Positions 47,819 through 60,650 of a stretch of DNA of 64,000 nucleotides are shown one piece after another. This DNA comes from Antedon mediterranea (Eukaryota; Animalia; Echinodermata): the NCBI RefSeq assembly GCF_964355755.1, contig NC_092674.1, positions 12,214,001 to 12,278,000 on the forward strand, read 5' to 3'. The translations under genes and the position numbers were made by a program. A model generated the notes under the pieces. The model was given only the letters and a program-made list of their open reading frames with translations, was not told the DNA's origin and ran no database searches. Each line of letters opens with the position of its first letter. Positions within the stretch are counted from its first letter, which is position 1.

Positions 47819-50181
47819 ACTAGATTTGAACTCGTCACTTTGACGAGTTCGGGTTATCCGCGCAAACGCAACATGCACATACTTTAAACTATATGAACTT
47901 CGACAATTATTATACCATCCTATGACATGAATTAAGAATGTTTACAGTGCTGAATTGTACCTATTTTGTAGCATACAGCATATTAAAGTGTTTACAGAAT
48001 ACACTGTATGTTATATACAGTGTAGCATAGACGAAATTACGAGACCCATCTTTTAAATCCAATTATTAACACGATGACGTCATCAAATTGGCAAAAGATA
48101 ACAATTTTAGAAGATATTTATCTAAATAATTCCATTAATACAAATTTGAAGAATTTTGGGCACGTGAAAGTGAGATGCGCTCGCGTTTAAACGCAATGAA
48201 CTTTTACGCAAGAGATGAAAATATGACTTTTTGAATTTAACTGGCCATATGATGACATCACAACATCTGATTGGCAAAATATTGACATGAATTTGTATCT
48301 ACAATCTAATACCTTCCAGAAAACATTTTAATCATGATTATCACTTTTTATTCTGACGAGCTATAACAGATTGAAATTTTCTGTAAAGATGAAAATAAGT
48401 GACCCACGTTATTTACATTTTAAGACATGATGACGTCCAAAAAATTAAAATATTTTTAACTCATTTGAAAGATAGTTGATTGACGTAGACAATATTAAAA
48501 TCTTGGGGGAAATGGAATACGTATAAGCAATATGCGCTCTGTTGAATGTGATGAGCAATAACGAAAGAGACAAAAATCCTATATTTTACATTCGTGTGGC
48601 CATACGATGACGTCATAACATCCGAGAGGTAAAAATTTTGTATGAATTCATATCTACAAATTATCTTCTTACATAATAAGTTAAAACAATTGGGGGTCAC
48701 CATTGATCCTGATGAGCTATAATAGATTCAAAATAGGCATTATTTTGACAATATTTTATAACTTTTTCAACTAAAACGGGCGCAATTGGTATAAATCAAC
48801 GTGTTCGTATGACGTCATTTTAATTTGCAATGATGTCAATCTTTTTTTAAATGACTAGGAAATGCTGTAAAATCACAATTCAAGAGAAAAAAACATATTT
48901 TTCATGCTCCGTGCGCAACTTGCGCGTAAAATTTTTCGCGTGCGCGGTAATTTTTGACATGCTCAAAATGTCATGATCACCGCAGAAAGTTGATTAGAAA
49001 TTAATTTTGCCCATTTTGAAACTTTAAATGCGCGTGCGCGCGTAACTTCTTGTAAAACATGCCATTTTTAATCCATAGAAAGTTTGCCTTTGATATGACT
49101 TAAATATTCACCAAATGTCAATACAAAATGACTTTCATTTTTAGTCGCGTGGAAGCGACTCTATAGTTCACTATGTCGGTCGGTCGGTCTGTCTGTCTGT
49201 CTGTCGGTCTGTCTGTCTGTCTGTCGGTCCGGTATCACTATGCATTTTATCGCTTTCTGACCTTATCTTGATATCAGTTTAATCTAGCTAGGTCAATTTT
49301 TCACAGTATATTCCTTATGGCCAGGAATCAATGTGGTTATGTTTTCAAGGTGCGCAATAAAAAATTACGCGGTCTACGCACGATTTAACGTTTGTAATCA
49401 TATCTTCACAACCATGAATCACAATTAAATAAAATTTGGTACTCATAAATTTCAGGGCATAAATCATCATATGGCAATACAATTACGTACGTAGCGCATG
49501 TAACGCATGCGTACGCGCGCTTAACATTTTCAAAATTTATTTTCGATGAAATAAGAGTACATTTCAGGCAATTTTAAGCGTTTACAAAATTGCCATGAGT
49601 GCGCATATTTTTGCGCGCGCACTGCGCGTTAAATGTTATTGCGGACTCTTTTTGCCCGATTTCTGTTTTCTTGAATTACTTTTCAACTCGAAATTACGTT
49701 ATACAAGCACGTCGAAAGTGACAGGCTACGCACGTGTAAATAAAAAAAAAATAAATGTTTTTAAACATTTCAACATTTTTACACATGTTCAGTAATTTCG
49801 GTCAGTATAGTTCACTATGTCGGTCGGTCGGTCTCTCTGTCTGTCTGTCTGTCGGTCTGTCTGTCGGTCCGGTATCACTATGCATTGTAGCACGCGACTT
49901 AATGGCTGTTGGCCTTGTTTATCCTATGATCAATCATTGAAATTCATAAAATCGCGCGTAAGTCACGTTGCGCAACTCTGACGTCATTCAAAATATGGAG
50001 GTGCACAACTTCAGATAAATTTCCATATAATGACAAAGTTATACAAAAGATATATTCACAAGCAATAGGGGATATGCTGCTCACAAAAATCAGGGAAAGA
50101 AAGAAGAACAAAGATGATGAGAAAAAAAGATATTTACAATCACATGGGTTATCGTGCAACTAAGTTGCGGATAACCAATAA
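47819..50181 (-). mobile_element. Helentron-type (HINE/DINE-1-like) non-autonomous element
   Basis: Minus strand: 5' subTIR GGTTATCCGC with adjacent IR; 3' GCGGATAACC, hairpin GAACTCGTCA-AAG-TGACGAGTTC, then CTAGT; internal ~356-bp subrepeats. Confidence 0.8.
49138..49919 (+). mobile_element. Nested second Helentron/DINE-1-like element with (GTCT/GTCG)n microsatellites
   Basis: T-run, subTIR AGTCGCGTG...CACGCGACT, 3' mini-hairpin GGCTGTTGGCC then TTGTT; duplicated tatagttcactatgtcggtc...ccggtatcactatgca block. Confidence 0.8.
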
Positions 50182-53100
50182 TTGTAAGGCTATGTTCACA
50201 ACAGACTATATTAATTAGTGTACAACGCTGATAACAAGATGAAAGTTATAAATTGTAAAGGAAAAAAAGAGAGTTTGAGCAATAGTTATTGTTATAAGTT
50301 TTGTTCTTCATCACACTTCCTGTTACCATCCTAGAAACATGCACACTGAATTGCATCTAACCATTTACACTATAATACAATCAAACATCGTATACTCTAT
50401 CTCTAACAAACATTTCAATCTTAAACTAAAGCCGAAGTGTAGTCATGTCCCGGGACCACACTCTATTAGTCACCACGGATAGATTTTCTTTATCAGTGCT
50501 TCTATGAATGGATGACTTTTGGGAGCAGGAACGCTAGTTAGTAGACCAAACTCAGTACCGTTTTTGATTGCGATCATGTGGGAAATGACCTCACGACATC
50601 TTATGCAAAAACGCAGTGGCGGATATATGGGGTGAATAGGGTGGCTAGCCACCCCCCTTAATTCTAAAAAAAAAAAAATGCAACATACCCGCGACCGTCG
50701 CTAGACGTGGATTCGACGCACCTGACTCTTTTAATTAGGAAGTGTAGGCCTAGAGCTATAGGGTAAGCATTAGTTTAGTGAAAGAGCTAAGAGTTTAATT
50801 ACTATTTATGAATTCAAGAGTTTAAGAAGAAACAAGATTTAAAATCTTCGGAAAATATCCACAACTGAGTTATTTTCAAAACACACGCACTCCTTCTACT
50901 ACCAGCGTCATGTTGTCGATCTAGCTCACGCTCCTTGTGTGAATGCTGACATCATCACTCTACAAAAATTTCAGTTACCTCTCCGTGTGTGCAAGCGTTA
51001 CCGTGGTATATACAAACCTGAGTGGAGTGTAATATCGTGAACTTTTTTCTCGCGTATGAAGGTTTTTTATATAATAATGGTATGCAGTATAAATGATAAA
51101 AATAAAACGAGAAACATGGTGTTCTTTTATTATTTCATAGGCAAAAAATAAACATGAAATGTCTTGTATGTACACAGCGGAAAAAAGTGTGTGGTGTATT
51201 ATGTATATTTATTTAACTACCAGCACTTTGACAGCTATCTTTTTTATTTAATGTCCAAGGTCAAGGTGTACATATAAAAATATTTAATAAAAATAATAAA
51301 AGTCTGTTTCATATGTCTGATTATAACAAGAAGATTAGTTAACATGTTTGTGCCAAACTGTATATTCATGACCACTCTTGATGTGACCGCCAGTAAGCTA
51401 TCTGAGCTAGCCTGTCTGGTTTTGAGCAGTTGATTTTGCTAAAAAAAGGCATAGGTCTGTTTCTAACACTTTTCTGATGATTCTATTCAATCAATGTTTC
51501 TATACTTCCAATAAAATTTAGATACCTGACATAAAAAGTTTAGTTGTTAATTGGCTTTGTGTTTTTATTTCATTACCAAGATTTATAAGAGGCGATCATA
51601 GAGCCTTTTGAGAGTCATCTGTCTAGGTCAGAATTTGCACTTTAGTGGTCGTTAATATTGATCATCTCCCAGGCAGATCATCCACTTACAAGCAACACAT
51701 AACATCTCTGTCAAATGTATCATGGGGCCTAATTTTGTAATACATTTAATGATGGATATGTGAATTTATAAACTTGTTTGGCAATATAAACTTGGGGTAT
51801 GATAAAGGATTTGCTACCTTCATCATTCTCTTATTTGCAAGCATGAATGGTAAAAAAATTCAGGAAGACAGTGTGGGGAAGCATCAATGCTGCAATATTT
51901 TAACATGAAAGCCTTTACTGTATTCCAGTATCTCCTGCTCCCTTTCCCTCTATGTCTATGTTAAACCTGTTTTCCACTACGGCAATATATTTGCGCTAAT
52001 CGAACATTCCAGAGTTCTGATTTTTTGCGCATTTTTTAAATCACAAAAAGTAGATTAAAATATAAATATGTATGTGCATGAGTCAACACTTTTAGATTCA
52101 TGCGAAGAAATAAATTCAATTATTGTAAAATTATACCAAACAAATTAAGTTTGGGAATAAACTCTGTTAGTTCATCATCAGTTTAAAAATGAGAAAACAA
52201 GAGACAAAATCTTATATCATCTCAGCCAATCCAGATTCTACTTTAGAAGATCATACTGTGATATGGTAAATTGAGTGATTTTTAAAAAAAAATTGATTTT
52301 CTTTTTTGTATAGATATATTTTTAGTTAATAATAGTGTTCACAGCCACCATACAGACATTATTAAAGCTTTCATTCATTCATAGGCATTATTTTCATAAT
52401 TAAAATCATTTTTTGAAAGCTTAAACATAACAGCATCATCGATCGGCTTTGTAGGAGACAAGCTGACTGGTGAGAGCTGTCAAGCACTAGATTATATATG
52501 TTTTACACATTGACCAATAATATTCTGAAAGCCTTCGATACTGTTTCGTTACCCTTCCATCAGTGTGTTAATGCATTATTTTGCTAATCCTCTCGATATG
52601 ATGCTAGAGCTTTATTTATAGGGTATAGTAAAGTGCTATACATCCCTATCGCGTACAAAATTGAAAACACTTCATGATGATTGATAAATTCAAAAGGATA
52701 TTTAACATTTATTTCTTTTCAAGCATGTACTAAATATAAAGCAACCTTCCACAAAGTGGGGAAATTTAGCCAGAAATTTATGAAAAGTTTTAGATATTAT
52801 TTATTGATAAATTACTAGTTTAAGTTATACCATTTTTTGAACGAACACCAAGTAAATATATATATTTTTTTCTTTTAAATGCCCACAAGGTGATTTTGTG
52901 ACATCACCAATATATTTATTTTTTTGAAAATCAATAAACATCGTCTGTTGGTATATAGCTATTTGCAAATATTCAATAAATTAATTTTATAATTGAGAAC
53001 ATATCATGCAAACATACAAACTTTAATACAAAGATGCTATAGACACTTGGCAAATACTTCTTCAAGCATTTTGCCAAGTAAATTATTCTAAAAATATGGT

Positions 53101-56100
53101 ACAGTATCATATTAAATTTTATTACAGAATGCAGAGTAGCTAGGGCCTATTATATCTTGTTTTCTTTCCCATTTGATACATATTAAAATTTACCACTGTA
53201 ACAAGCCTCAATAACATTGTTGCATGATGATTTTGTTTTTCTTGCACCTGACTAACTTGATGTTTTACTAGACCTTTTTTACTACTGTATGCCTACCAGC
53301 TGCTTAGATTCTTGAATCATCATTCATTAAGTAACAACTGCTAAGTGGTAGGCTATCTCTACTGGTATTCAATACCCTTGGGAATCTCAGTTCAATTAAC
53401 AACTTGGCAATTTAAAAAATGCCAGCTTAAAAGCCAAATGGAAAATATGGATTAAGTATGGCAACAAACATTGCAAATTACAAAATATGATATGGGAAGC
53501 AGATTACTGTAAACAATGTTAGGTAGTTTACCCCACTAAATTGCTACTAATGCATTCCTTACAATATCCAGAAGTTCACTGCTTAATTTAAGGAAGTATG
53601 GTAAATAAAAGAAATGCTGGTGGCCAGTCTATAATGAACATAGCCTATACTATTTATTGTATTTTTTGTAACTTTTTGCTTGTTTCAGTCTCAAAATGTT
53701 CTTATTCCTGCTGTTATTCTTTACAAATTGTAGTATTTGTAAAAATATTGGTATTCATAATTGTCCTTTTACAATCTTTACTTTTCCTTAAGATAAATTT
53801 TTAAAAAGCTAAAGAAATTATATTATATTTTAGAAAACAGAAAAATGAAAAAATTGTCTGATAGTTAATGATCAGACAATTGAACGTGTTCATAAAACCA
53901 ATTATTTGGTACACATATTGATGATCAACTCAGCTTTTATTTTTATTAAGTTATTGCCAGTTTTACTTTTACCTTGAACTTAATTTCACAGCATTTAAAC
54001 TTTATTGTTAGAAATGCATTTTTAAATGTATACCAGTATAACATACATTGTATTTATTTTTATAATTTGGTTTAGAATAACTTTGTAATGATTACAATAG
54101 GATGTAAAATTCAATATGCTATAAGTGTGTCTGGTAGTTAATTTGTACCAGAAAGTATGGTAACTTCATCATTTATAATTCAAAGAGTAGGAATACATGA
54201 TGCATGAATTGGCGACATTTGAAATGTCTCCACAAAGTTTATGTAATGTACAGTACTACTGTAGTAGTACTATTATTACTCACTTTTCCCTGGTATTTTA
54301 CATCAAATGGCCTAATGATGATAATATCCAATGGCTAAACATTTAGTTTTAGTATTAGATAATCACAAAATGTGTATTTTTATGTTTACGACAAATACTT
54401 TTGGATTTAAAATGATCAAGTATCCTACAAATGAAAGTTTATGAGTGAAAGGAGAGAATGAGTTACTCGACTTAATTAACAAATACAAACATTTGTAAAA
54501 CATAAGTTGCTGCTTCCATTTGGGAGTCGTATTAAAAATGTTGATTTTGATCTTGGTTGTGGAATTCATAGAACAACTTCTTATTTGCACAAAATTTAAA
54601 ATGAAATTGTACAAGGACCATTGTAATAGAATCATTAAATAAAAGTTTTACCATGCAATAAAATGTCGAAGATATGAAATTATCCAATAAAATACCAAGG
54701 ATACATTCAAGTGTGTTAAATATCAGATTAATTTTAATTGTTAATAGGAAATATAAGTACAATGTTTTGAAATACTCCTATGTTTTGACTCCTTGATAAT
54801 CTGTTTAGATATTGCTTTCAATTAACTTCACAGAGTATAGCTTACTACAGATGGATTATGTTAATTCATGAAATGTACTATTTTCAATACGTAATGGACA
54901 TAAATTAATAGCTATCCAATTGATGATTAGTGTAAATTCTCATACATTGATGAATAAATTGAAAATCGAAAAACTAATTTTTGCATAATATACAGTAAAC
55001 AAGTTACTTAATATTCCAAAGTTGGCAAAACTTACTTTCATCAGTATGGTTTTGTTTGCTAAAGTGGTTTTCCACTCAAAATACGGAAGAGATATATTAA
55101 AAACCAGACTTAATTTGTGTATAATTGTGTCAGAATTTTAGCCCTAAGGTGATCAAGATGTTTAGAAAACCTTATTTTGTCAGTTATAATTAAGTAAATC
55201 TTGCGTTTATGATTTTATCAGATGTCCACATCCTTCAACAAAACCTTGCTGACTTACCATTCACTTTCTTCTGTCAAAACACCATAATCATAGACATGTG
55301 TATTTACTGAAAAATTGATGAATTAATTTAAATTATTTTTTATTTATGATTGTTTTGTTCTAATGATGTGTTATGGTAATTTATTTTAAATGATCTGTTA
55401 AGGTATGCAGTATCATATATCAAACTGTTTATGTCATTTAAGCACTTCTTACCAAAGTTGAAGTCAACTTGAACATAGAATCCTATTTTAGCAATAAACA
55501 CACTATGACCAACATGCTTTGATAAGACTGACTGAGAGGCATCAACTGTTGATGACCGGATATTAGGTCTATTTTCATTTGGTAGAAATGTATTTATTAA
55601 TGATCTTTTTAAACACAAAAATAATAGTTTAGAGCCTTGGGTTAGCCCCTATGAAATATTATTTGCCACATGATGTCCTGTTCTTCTTTGTGAGTTGAAT
55701 GAGTAGAATATTTCATGAATTGATTGACTGTTCCATTAAACAAGGCAAAAGTTAGACAGTTAATCATTCAACTTCCCATTATACGTATACAAATCATTTA
55801 CCTAACTATTGTAACTTTATTAATTAATCCACTGCTTCCATTTTGAATATATCAAGAGGGGTTTATGCAGTGACAATTATATTTCACTTTAAATGATATA
55901 TAATAAGTGAAATTTATAGTAAATTCTAAATTTAACCAATCACATAGTAGACTTACTTAGTTATTATGCAATATGTTGTATAATGAATATTTCGTTCTTT
56001 TGTTCTACAATAGATGTCCCAAAAAACATGAAAAATAAAAAATAATTTAAAAAAAAAAGACTTTGAATAGGCCATTTTGTAGTTTAAAATAAACTTAATC

Positions 56101-56792
56101 ACTTCCATAGAAAAAAAAACTTTAAAAAATAATGTTTGCACTTTATAAATACAAAAAGACAAAATAAACAGTTAAATTCAACCAAAATCCATTTCAGTCA
56201 ATTTGACTATTTTTTGCTTTAAATTACATTTTGTCAGATAAATAATTTGTTTTTCTCTAATTTTCAGTCAAAGTAAATAACTATTATGTAAATGACAGAT
56301 TAGTCACCCATAAATAATAATACTGGTATGTTGTGTTTAGCCAGGTGTAATAGTAAAATTAGTATATGGCATGGAATAAATCATAGGTAGATGCAGTTGT
56401 TAGTTTATATGCATACATGGACAAAATGACACTTTTAATAGATTCATTGATGCATAGCTACCTGGGTGCCTGAGATTCTATGGAAATTTTGAAAAACCAT
56501 GTTGTTAAAAAAGTCATAATCCCTCAACTGGGGGTTGTATGAGAAACATTTTTACTGGAAAGTGTTCTTAAAAAGATCACCGTACAGTATATGTAGAAGT
56601 TTGAAACATGATATGTAAAATTCTCATGCAAATTAATAAGCTTTATTTACAGTGTGGTACCTGCCAAGTTAGATGATACTCATTGCCAAATCCTTAAATG
56701 AAACTACATATTAATTATTAATTAATTCATTTTATCTCCCATATTTATTTTTTATTTTCTTACATTTGGTTTTGTTTTTTTTTTTCAATTAG

Positions 56793-56924
56793 GAATGTTT
56801 CATGAGATAGACTTCCTTGTTCGTCCATCAGTTGATTTTCCAGTTGATATGTATTTTGTCATGGACTTGTCACGTTCCATGAGAGATGATTTAGCCACCA
56901 TGAAAAATGTCATTGGAGATCTTG
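56793..56924 (+). CDS. Integrin beta exon with MIDAS/ADMIDAS (GMFHEIDFLVRPSVDFPVDMYFVMDLSRSMRDDLATMKNVIGDL)
   Basis: Long polypyrimidine tract plus ttag acceptor, gtaaat donor; DxSxS and DD motifs. Confidence 0.93.
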
Positions 56925-57122
56925 GTAAATTTTGTTTTTCATGCTAATGAACTTGAAATAAGACAAAATAATTATGTACTATTGCACTTAATTTACCAGA
57001 AACTAAATGTAAAAATTAGGTACCATATATTTAAGATTTTTTGTTGTTGAAATACTGGCTTTAGTTTTAAATTAGAAATTTTTGTATTTTAACAATACCA
57101 ATGATTCTTTTTATCTCAATAG

Positions 57123-57219
57123 CTAGAGAAATGGGAACCGTTACGAAGGATCTAAAACTTGGTTTTGCATCATTTGTAGATAAAACAGTCATTCCATATG
57201 TAATATCCTATGCTCTTGA
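57123..57219 (+). CDS. Integrin beta exon (AREMGTVTKDLKLGFASFVDKTVIPYVISYAL)
   Basis: caatag acceptor, gtaagt donor; LGFxSFVDK...PY motif. Confidence 0.92.
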
Positions 57220-58090
57220 GTAAGTGTTTTTTTAACCATTTCATACTTATTTTTAAATGATAACAATCTTAATTGATCAGATGTTTATCCTAATTTTGAT
57301 GTAATTGTATTTTATACTAAGTACAATTTTAGTTAATAACAGTTTAAAAACATGCATGTCATTTTTTAATGGAACCAACCAAAACCCACATTACCTGTAA
57401 TTTAGATCACTAACCTGTCTCTAGATCACCAACTTAGGCTAATTGGGTTGAGATGATAATTTAATAACCTTAACCTAGTACCATTTTTCTGTCAAGGACC
57501 TAAACATTATTGCTTTTAATATTTACTTTTAATATTTACTTTATTTTAATTATTATTAGGACCTATAAATTCATAAATGATGACACAAGATCATATCAAT
57601 TTGTTCAATTTAATGCTACACAATTTTTCAATTATTATATCTTTGTATTTTTATTGTTTACTTCTTTGTGTTCAAGTGCAGTATATGGAGAGCCGTCTCG
57701 ATAGTGCTTTGCACTCATGGCAATCCTCAGGGTACTGCACCGCTGTCTTGTATGCGTTTTTGTGCCTGAAAATTGAATAAAATAAAATAAAATAAAAAAT
57801 ATCTATGATTAATCAAACATGCTGATCCCAATTTTTTTTATAAAGAAGCAATGTGTGTGTTTCTGATTTCAGAAAAATTGTAAACATACAGGTACTAAGA
57901 CCTTGATGTAATAAGTTAATATTAATTTGAAAATAATTTGGCCCTAAGGCTTCAATTCCTATGTTTTTACCATGGCAATTAATTGAAGCACTTAATTCTA
58001 TACAAGCAAGCGTCCCTCTTCTAAAAAATGTTTTTGATGAAGTGCAATACTTGAACTACTACTGAGTGCATGTTAACCTAAAATTAATAA

Positions 58091-58184
58091 TAGGGACTTT
58101 ACACATCAGGGCGGAATGCAAAAATGCGACAATTTTGGAGGCGCAGCATATCAGCGTTTCCCGTCCTGCTATGTAAAGTCCCTA
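58091..58184. mobile_element. 94-bp MITE with TAG..CTA ends (Academ-like)
   Basis: TAGGGACTTTACA...TGTAAAGTCCCTA with ATAA on both sides. Confidence 0.7.
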
Positions 58185-59266
58185 ATAATGAAACTTTTAA
58201 TCTTTATAGTATGTCTTTTCCCCAACTAGAACTAGGAAATTTAGCAATAAAACCACAATAACAGTAATTTAGACATTACTTTTATTCTCTCCAAACCATC
58301 ACTAGTATTCGAGGTGAATTATTCAACAGGTAAAGTAGACTGGATGCCCGTACTGAATGTAATTGCATTATGATATTATATTCTATTGTAGTTCAATATC
58401 TGTAGGATCTTCACTCATTGCATTTTGCCTTGATTGCATTTGTCATCCTATATCTGCCATTGGTATCTTCATTCTTTGTATTTAAATAGAAATGTTCAGG
58501 TTAAATGAACCTTTACCTTTTATGTTTCCGAAGACAGACACACTATAGTATATTTGCAGTGTATCAACATTGTTATTGTACTGTATAAAGTAATAAAACA
58601 AGTTTTCCAAAAAAGGATTAAAATATGTTGACTATTTTTGGGTTATAACAATATAGGCCTAGGTCTACCAATTGTGTGATTTTCCCATGATGCATTTTGC
58701 TAATAAGACTTATCCTATAATTAATTTACTTTTGCTTGTGAAGTATTGAAGACTTTTCCAATAATGTATTTAATTACCATATGCATGAACCAGCCTCAAC
58801 TAGAATTCATATCACTGGAAATAAAGCTTTTTGAAATACAAAAGTTACTGTAATAAGCTGACCATCAACAAACAAAATAAGCTTAGGATGGTATTAGGTA
58901 AAATATACAATGATTTAAATCACAATAATAAAGGCTTATTATCTTCAACAATATTTACAAATTTAAAATTAAAATTAATATTGAATATTCTTCTACTACT
59001 GACACTTTATGTACTCTTAGGTTAAATATGTCTCTCAAAATTCAAAATATCTTTTGTTTTGGCAATTTTTTTTCACTGCAATCTCTATTTCTTGTAATTT
59101 TTCTAAAAGCAAACACATTGTTCTCCAAGGGTAACATAATGCATGGATAATATCAGTGTATACAAATGAATTTGATGTTGTTTTGAGCATTTATGTTTTG
59201 TGAGATATTTGCTATTGACCCAGGTTGTCACCTTAAATCATTTTTTTTGATAATACACAATTCTAA

Positions 59267-60083
59267 GGGCCTGTTTCTATTGAAAAATAAAAAAAGAACG
59301 GTTTTTTTGGAAACCGGTTTTGGCTGTTGTTTATAAATAAAGATCGCGTTGCAGCTCAATTTTTACTCCCAATAAAACCGGTTCCGTCCATGTGCGTTCG
59401 TTATGAATGACATCATTATATACACCACAATGCAGTTCGTTAGGCGGAAGCGTGATTGGATCGAGGTCATGTTTACTTTTTTTCGCGATCCCCAAGAAAT
59501 AGCATCCATTTCATCATAGAAGGGGGAATTATTACCTGAAACATTATTGTGGTCCTTGGTTAAAGTATAGGTACGTCGCACCCTCTGATATTGTCAAGTT
59601 GAACTCGTCTAGCTTTCACACGCTTTACAATATTCTTAAAAACATGTAGGCCTAGGCCTACGTGAGTCTTTCTTCCGACTCCCGACAAGTCCCCTCATCT
59701 TCTTCCCTTCACATGTTTTTTACGAACCTAAATAAAATACTCACTATCTAGAGAAATAAAAATGACTTAGGCCTAGGTCCTATCGCGCAGGTTTGACTGC
59801 GAGTTGACCGTAATCGTCCCAGTACAGCAGACTGGAGAGTTCAGTTTTTGGGGTCAAATTGAGACCGCAATTGTGTTGCAGCTAAAAATTGCTCCACGGA
59901 AACTGGTTTCAGAACGGTTCTGTGCGATCGAGACCGCAATCAATTGGGGTTTTTGAAACCGTTTTTAAGATCGGTTCTTTTTTTGTGGTTTTTTGTGGGG
60001 ACCCATTTCTGCTGGCAAGAAAAAACATTTCTTGAAAAGAACGGTATTCAAAACCGTATTATCTGCTCTATAGAAACAGGCCC
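59267..60083 (-). mobile_element. Non-autonomous PIF/Harbinger element, copy 2 (inverted relative to copy 1)
   Basis: Near-identical reverse complement of 29223-30090 with small deletions; TAA TSD. Confidence 0.9.
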
Positions 60084-60579
60084 TAATTTAGGTGTTTTTT
60101 TTTTTTTTATTTCTGTGGGGGAAACATCATTATGACAATGTTAATGTCAATGTTATACTGCCAAGAAATTTAGTGCAGTGTGAACAACCCTTAATGACAG
60201 AATTACACCAACAAGATATGTTCAACCTATAGACAATTTACCTTCAAGTAATTCCACTAAAATCATCAATGAAAATACATAAATTGTTTAATCCAGAGTA
60301 TTTAAAAAAAAAGCATTATTTAGCCTCTCCTACTTCAGAATTCCAGTCAACACAAAAGCTATGATGAACTTGAATTAAAACTTCTATTTACCATAGTAGA
60401 TAAGGATTATACTGTAACACAATAGTATTGTATGTTTACATAATGTTGAATACAAGAGAATAATTGTATTACCATTCACTTATGAAGGTCTGTGGTATTA
60501 CAATAGTAGTACTGTAGTGCTATGTCTACTCTCAGTGGAACAAATATGCTTGCTCATTTTTAGAACTGATATGCTTGAA

Positions 60580-60650
60580 AACAAGGCAATATACATGGCT
60601 GCAGTCGCGTGCTCAAGTTAGAGTAGAGTTGCGTTGCATGTGACTAAAAA
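60580..60650 (-). mobile_element. Mini Helentron/DINE-1-like element (degenerate)
   Basis: aacaaggc...gcagtcgcgtgc...gtagagt...catgtgactaaaaa, similar to 12988-13096. Confidence 0.55.

Larger units (their letters stand above)
32530..57219 (+). other. Integrin beta subunit gene, 5' portion (6 coding exons; continues beyond the window)
   Basis: Phase-consistent exons encode a signal peptide, PSI (C..CKECI....CAWC...RCD......GC), hybrid (QVRPQRIELSIRPG) and betaI domains (FPVDMYFVMDLSRSMRDDL...LGFASFVDK). Confidence 0.92.

Noticed and set aside
48350-48735. CTGACGAG and CTGATGAG as further hammerhead cores (also about 42388)
   Set aside because: No pairing stem II followed by GAAA, and no stem I/III complementarity.
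50614-50660. CAGTGGCGGAT end of a possible hAT-like element
   Set aside because: No nearby matching opposite end or TSD could be established.
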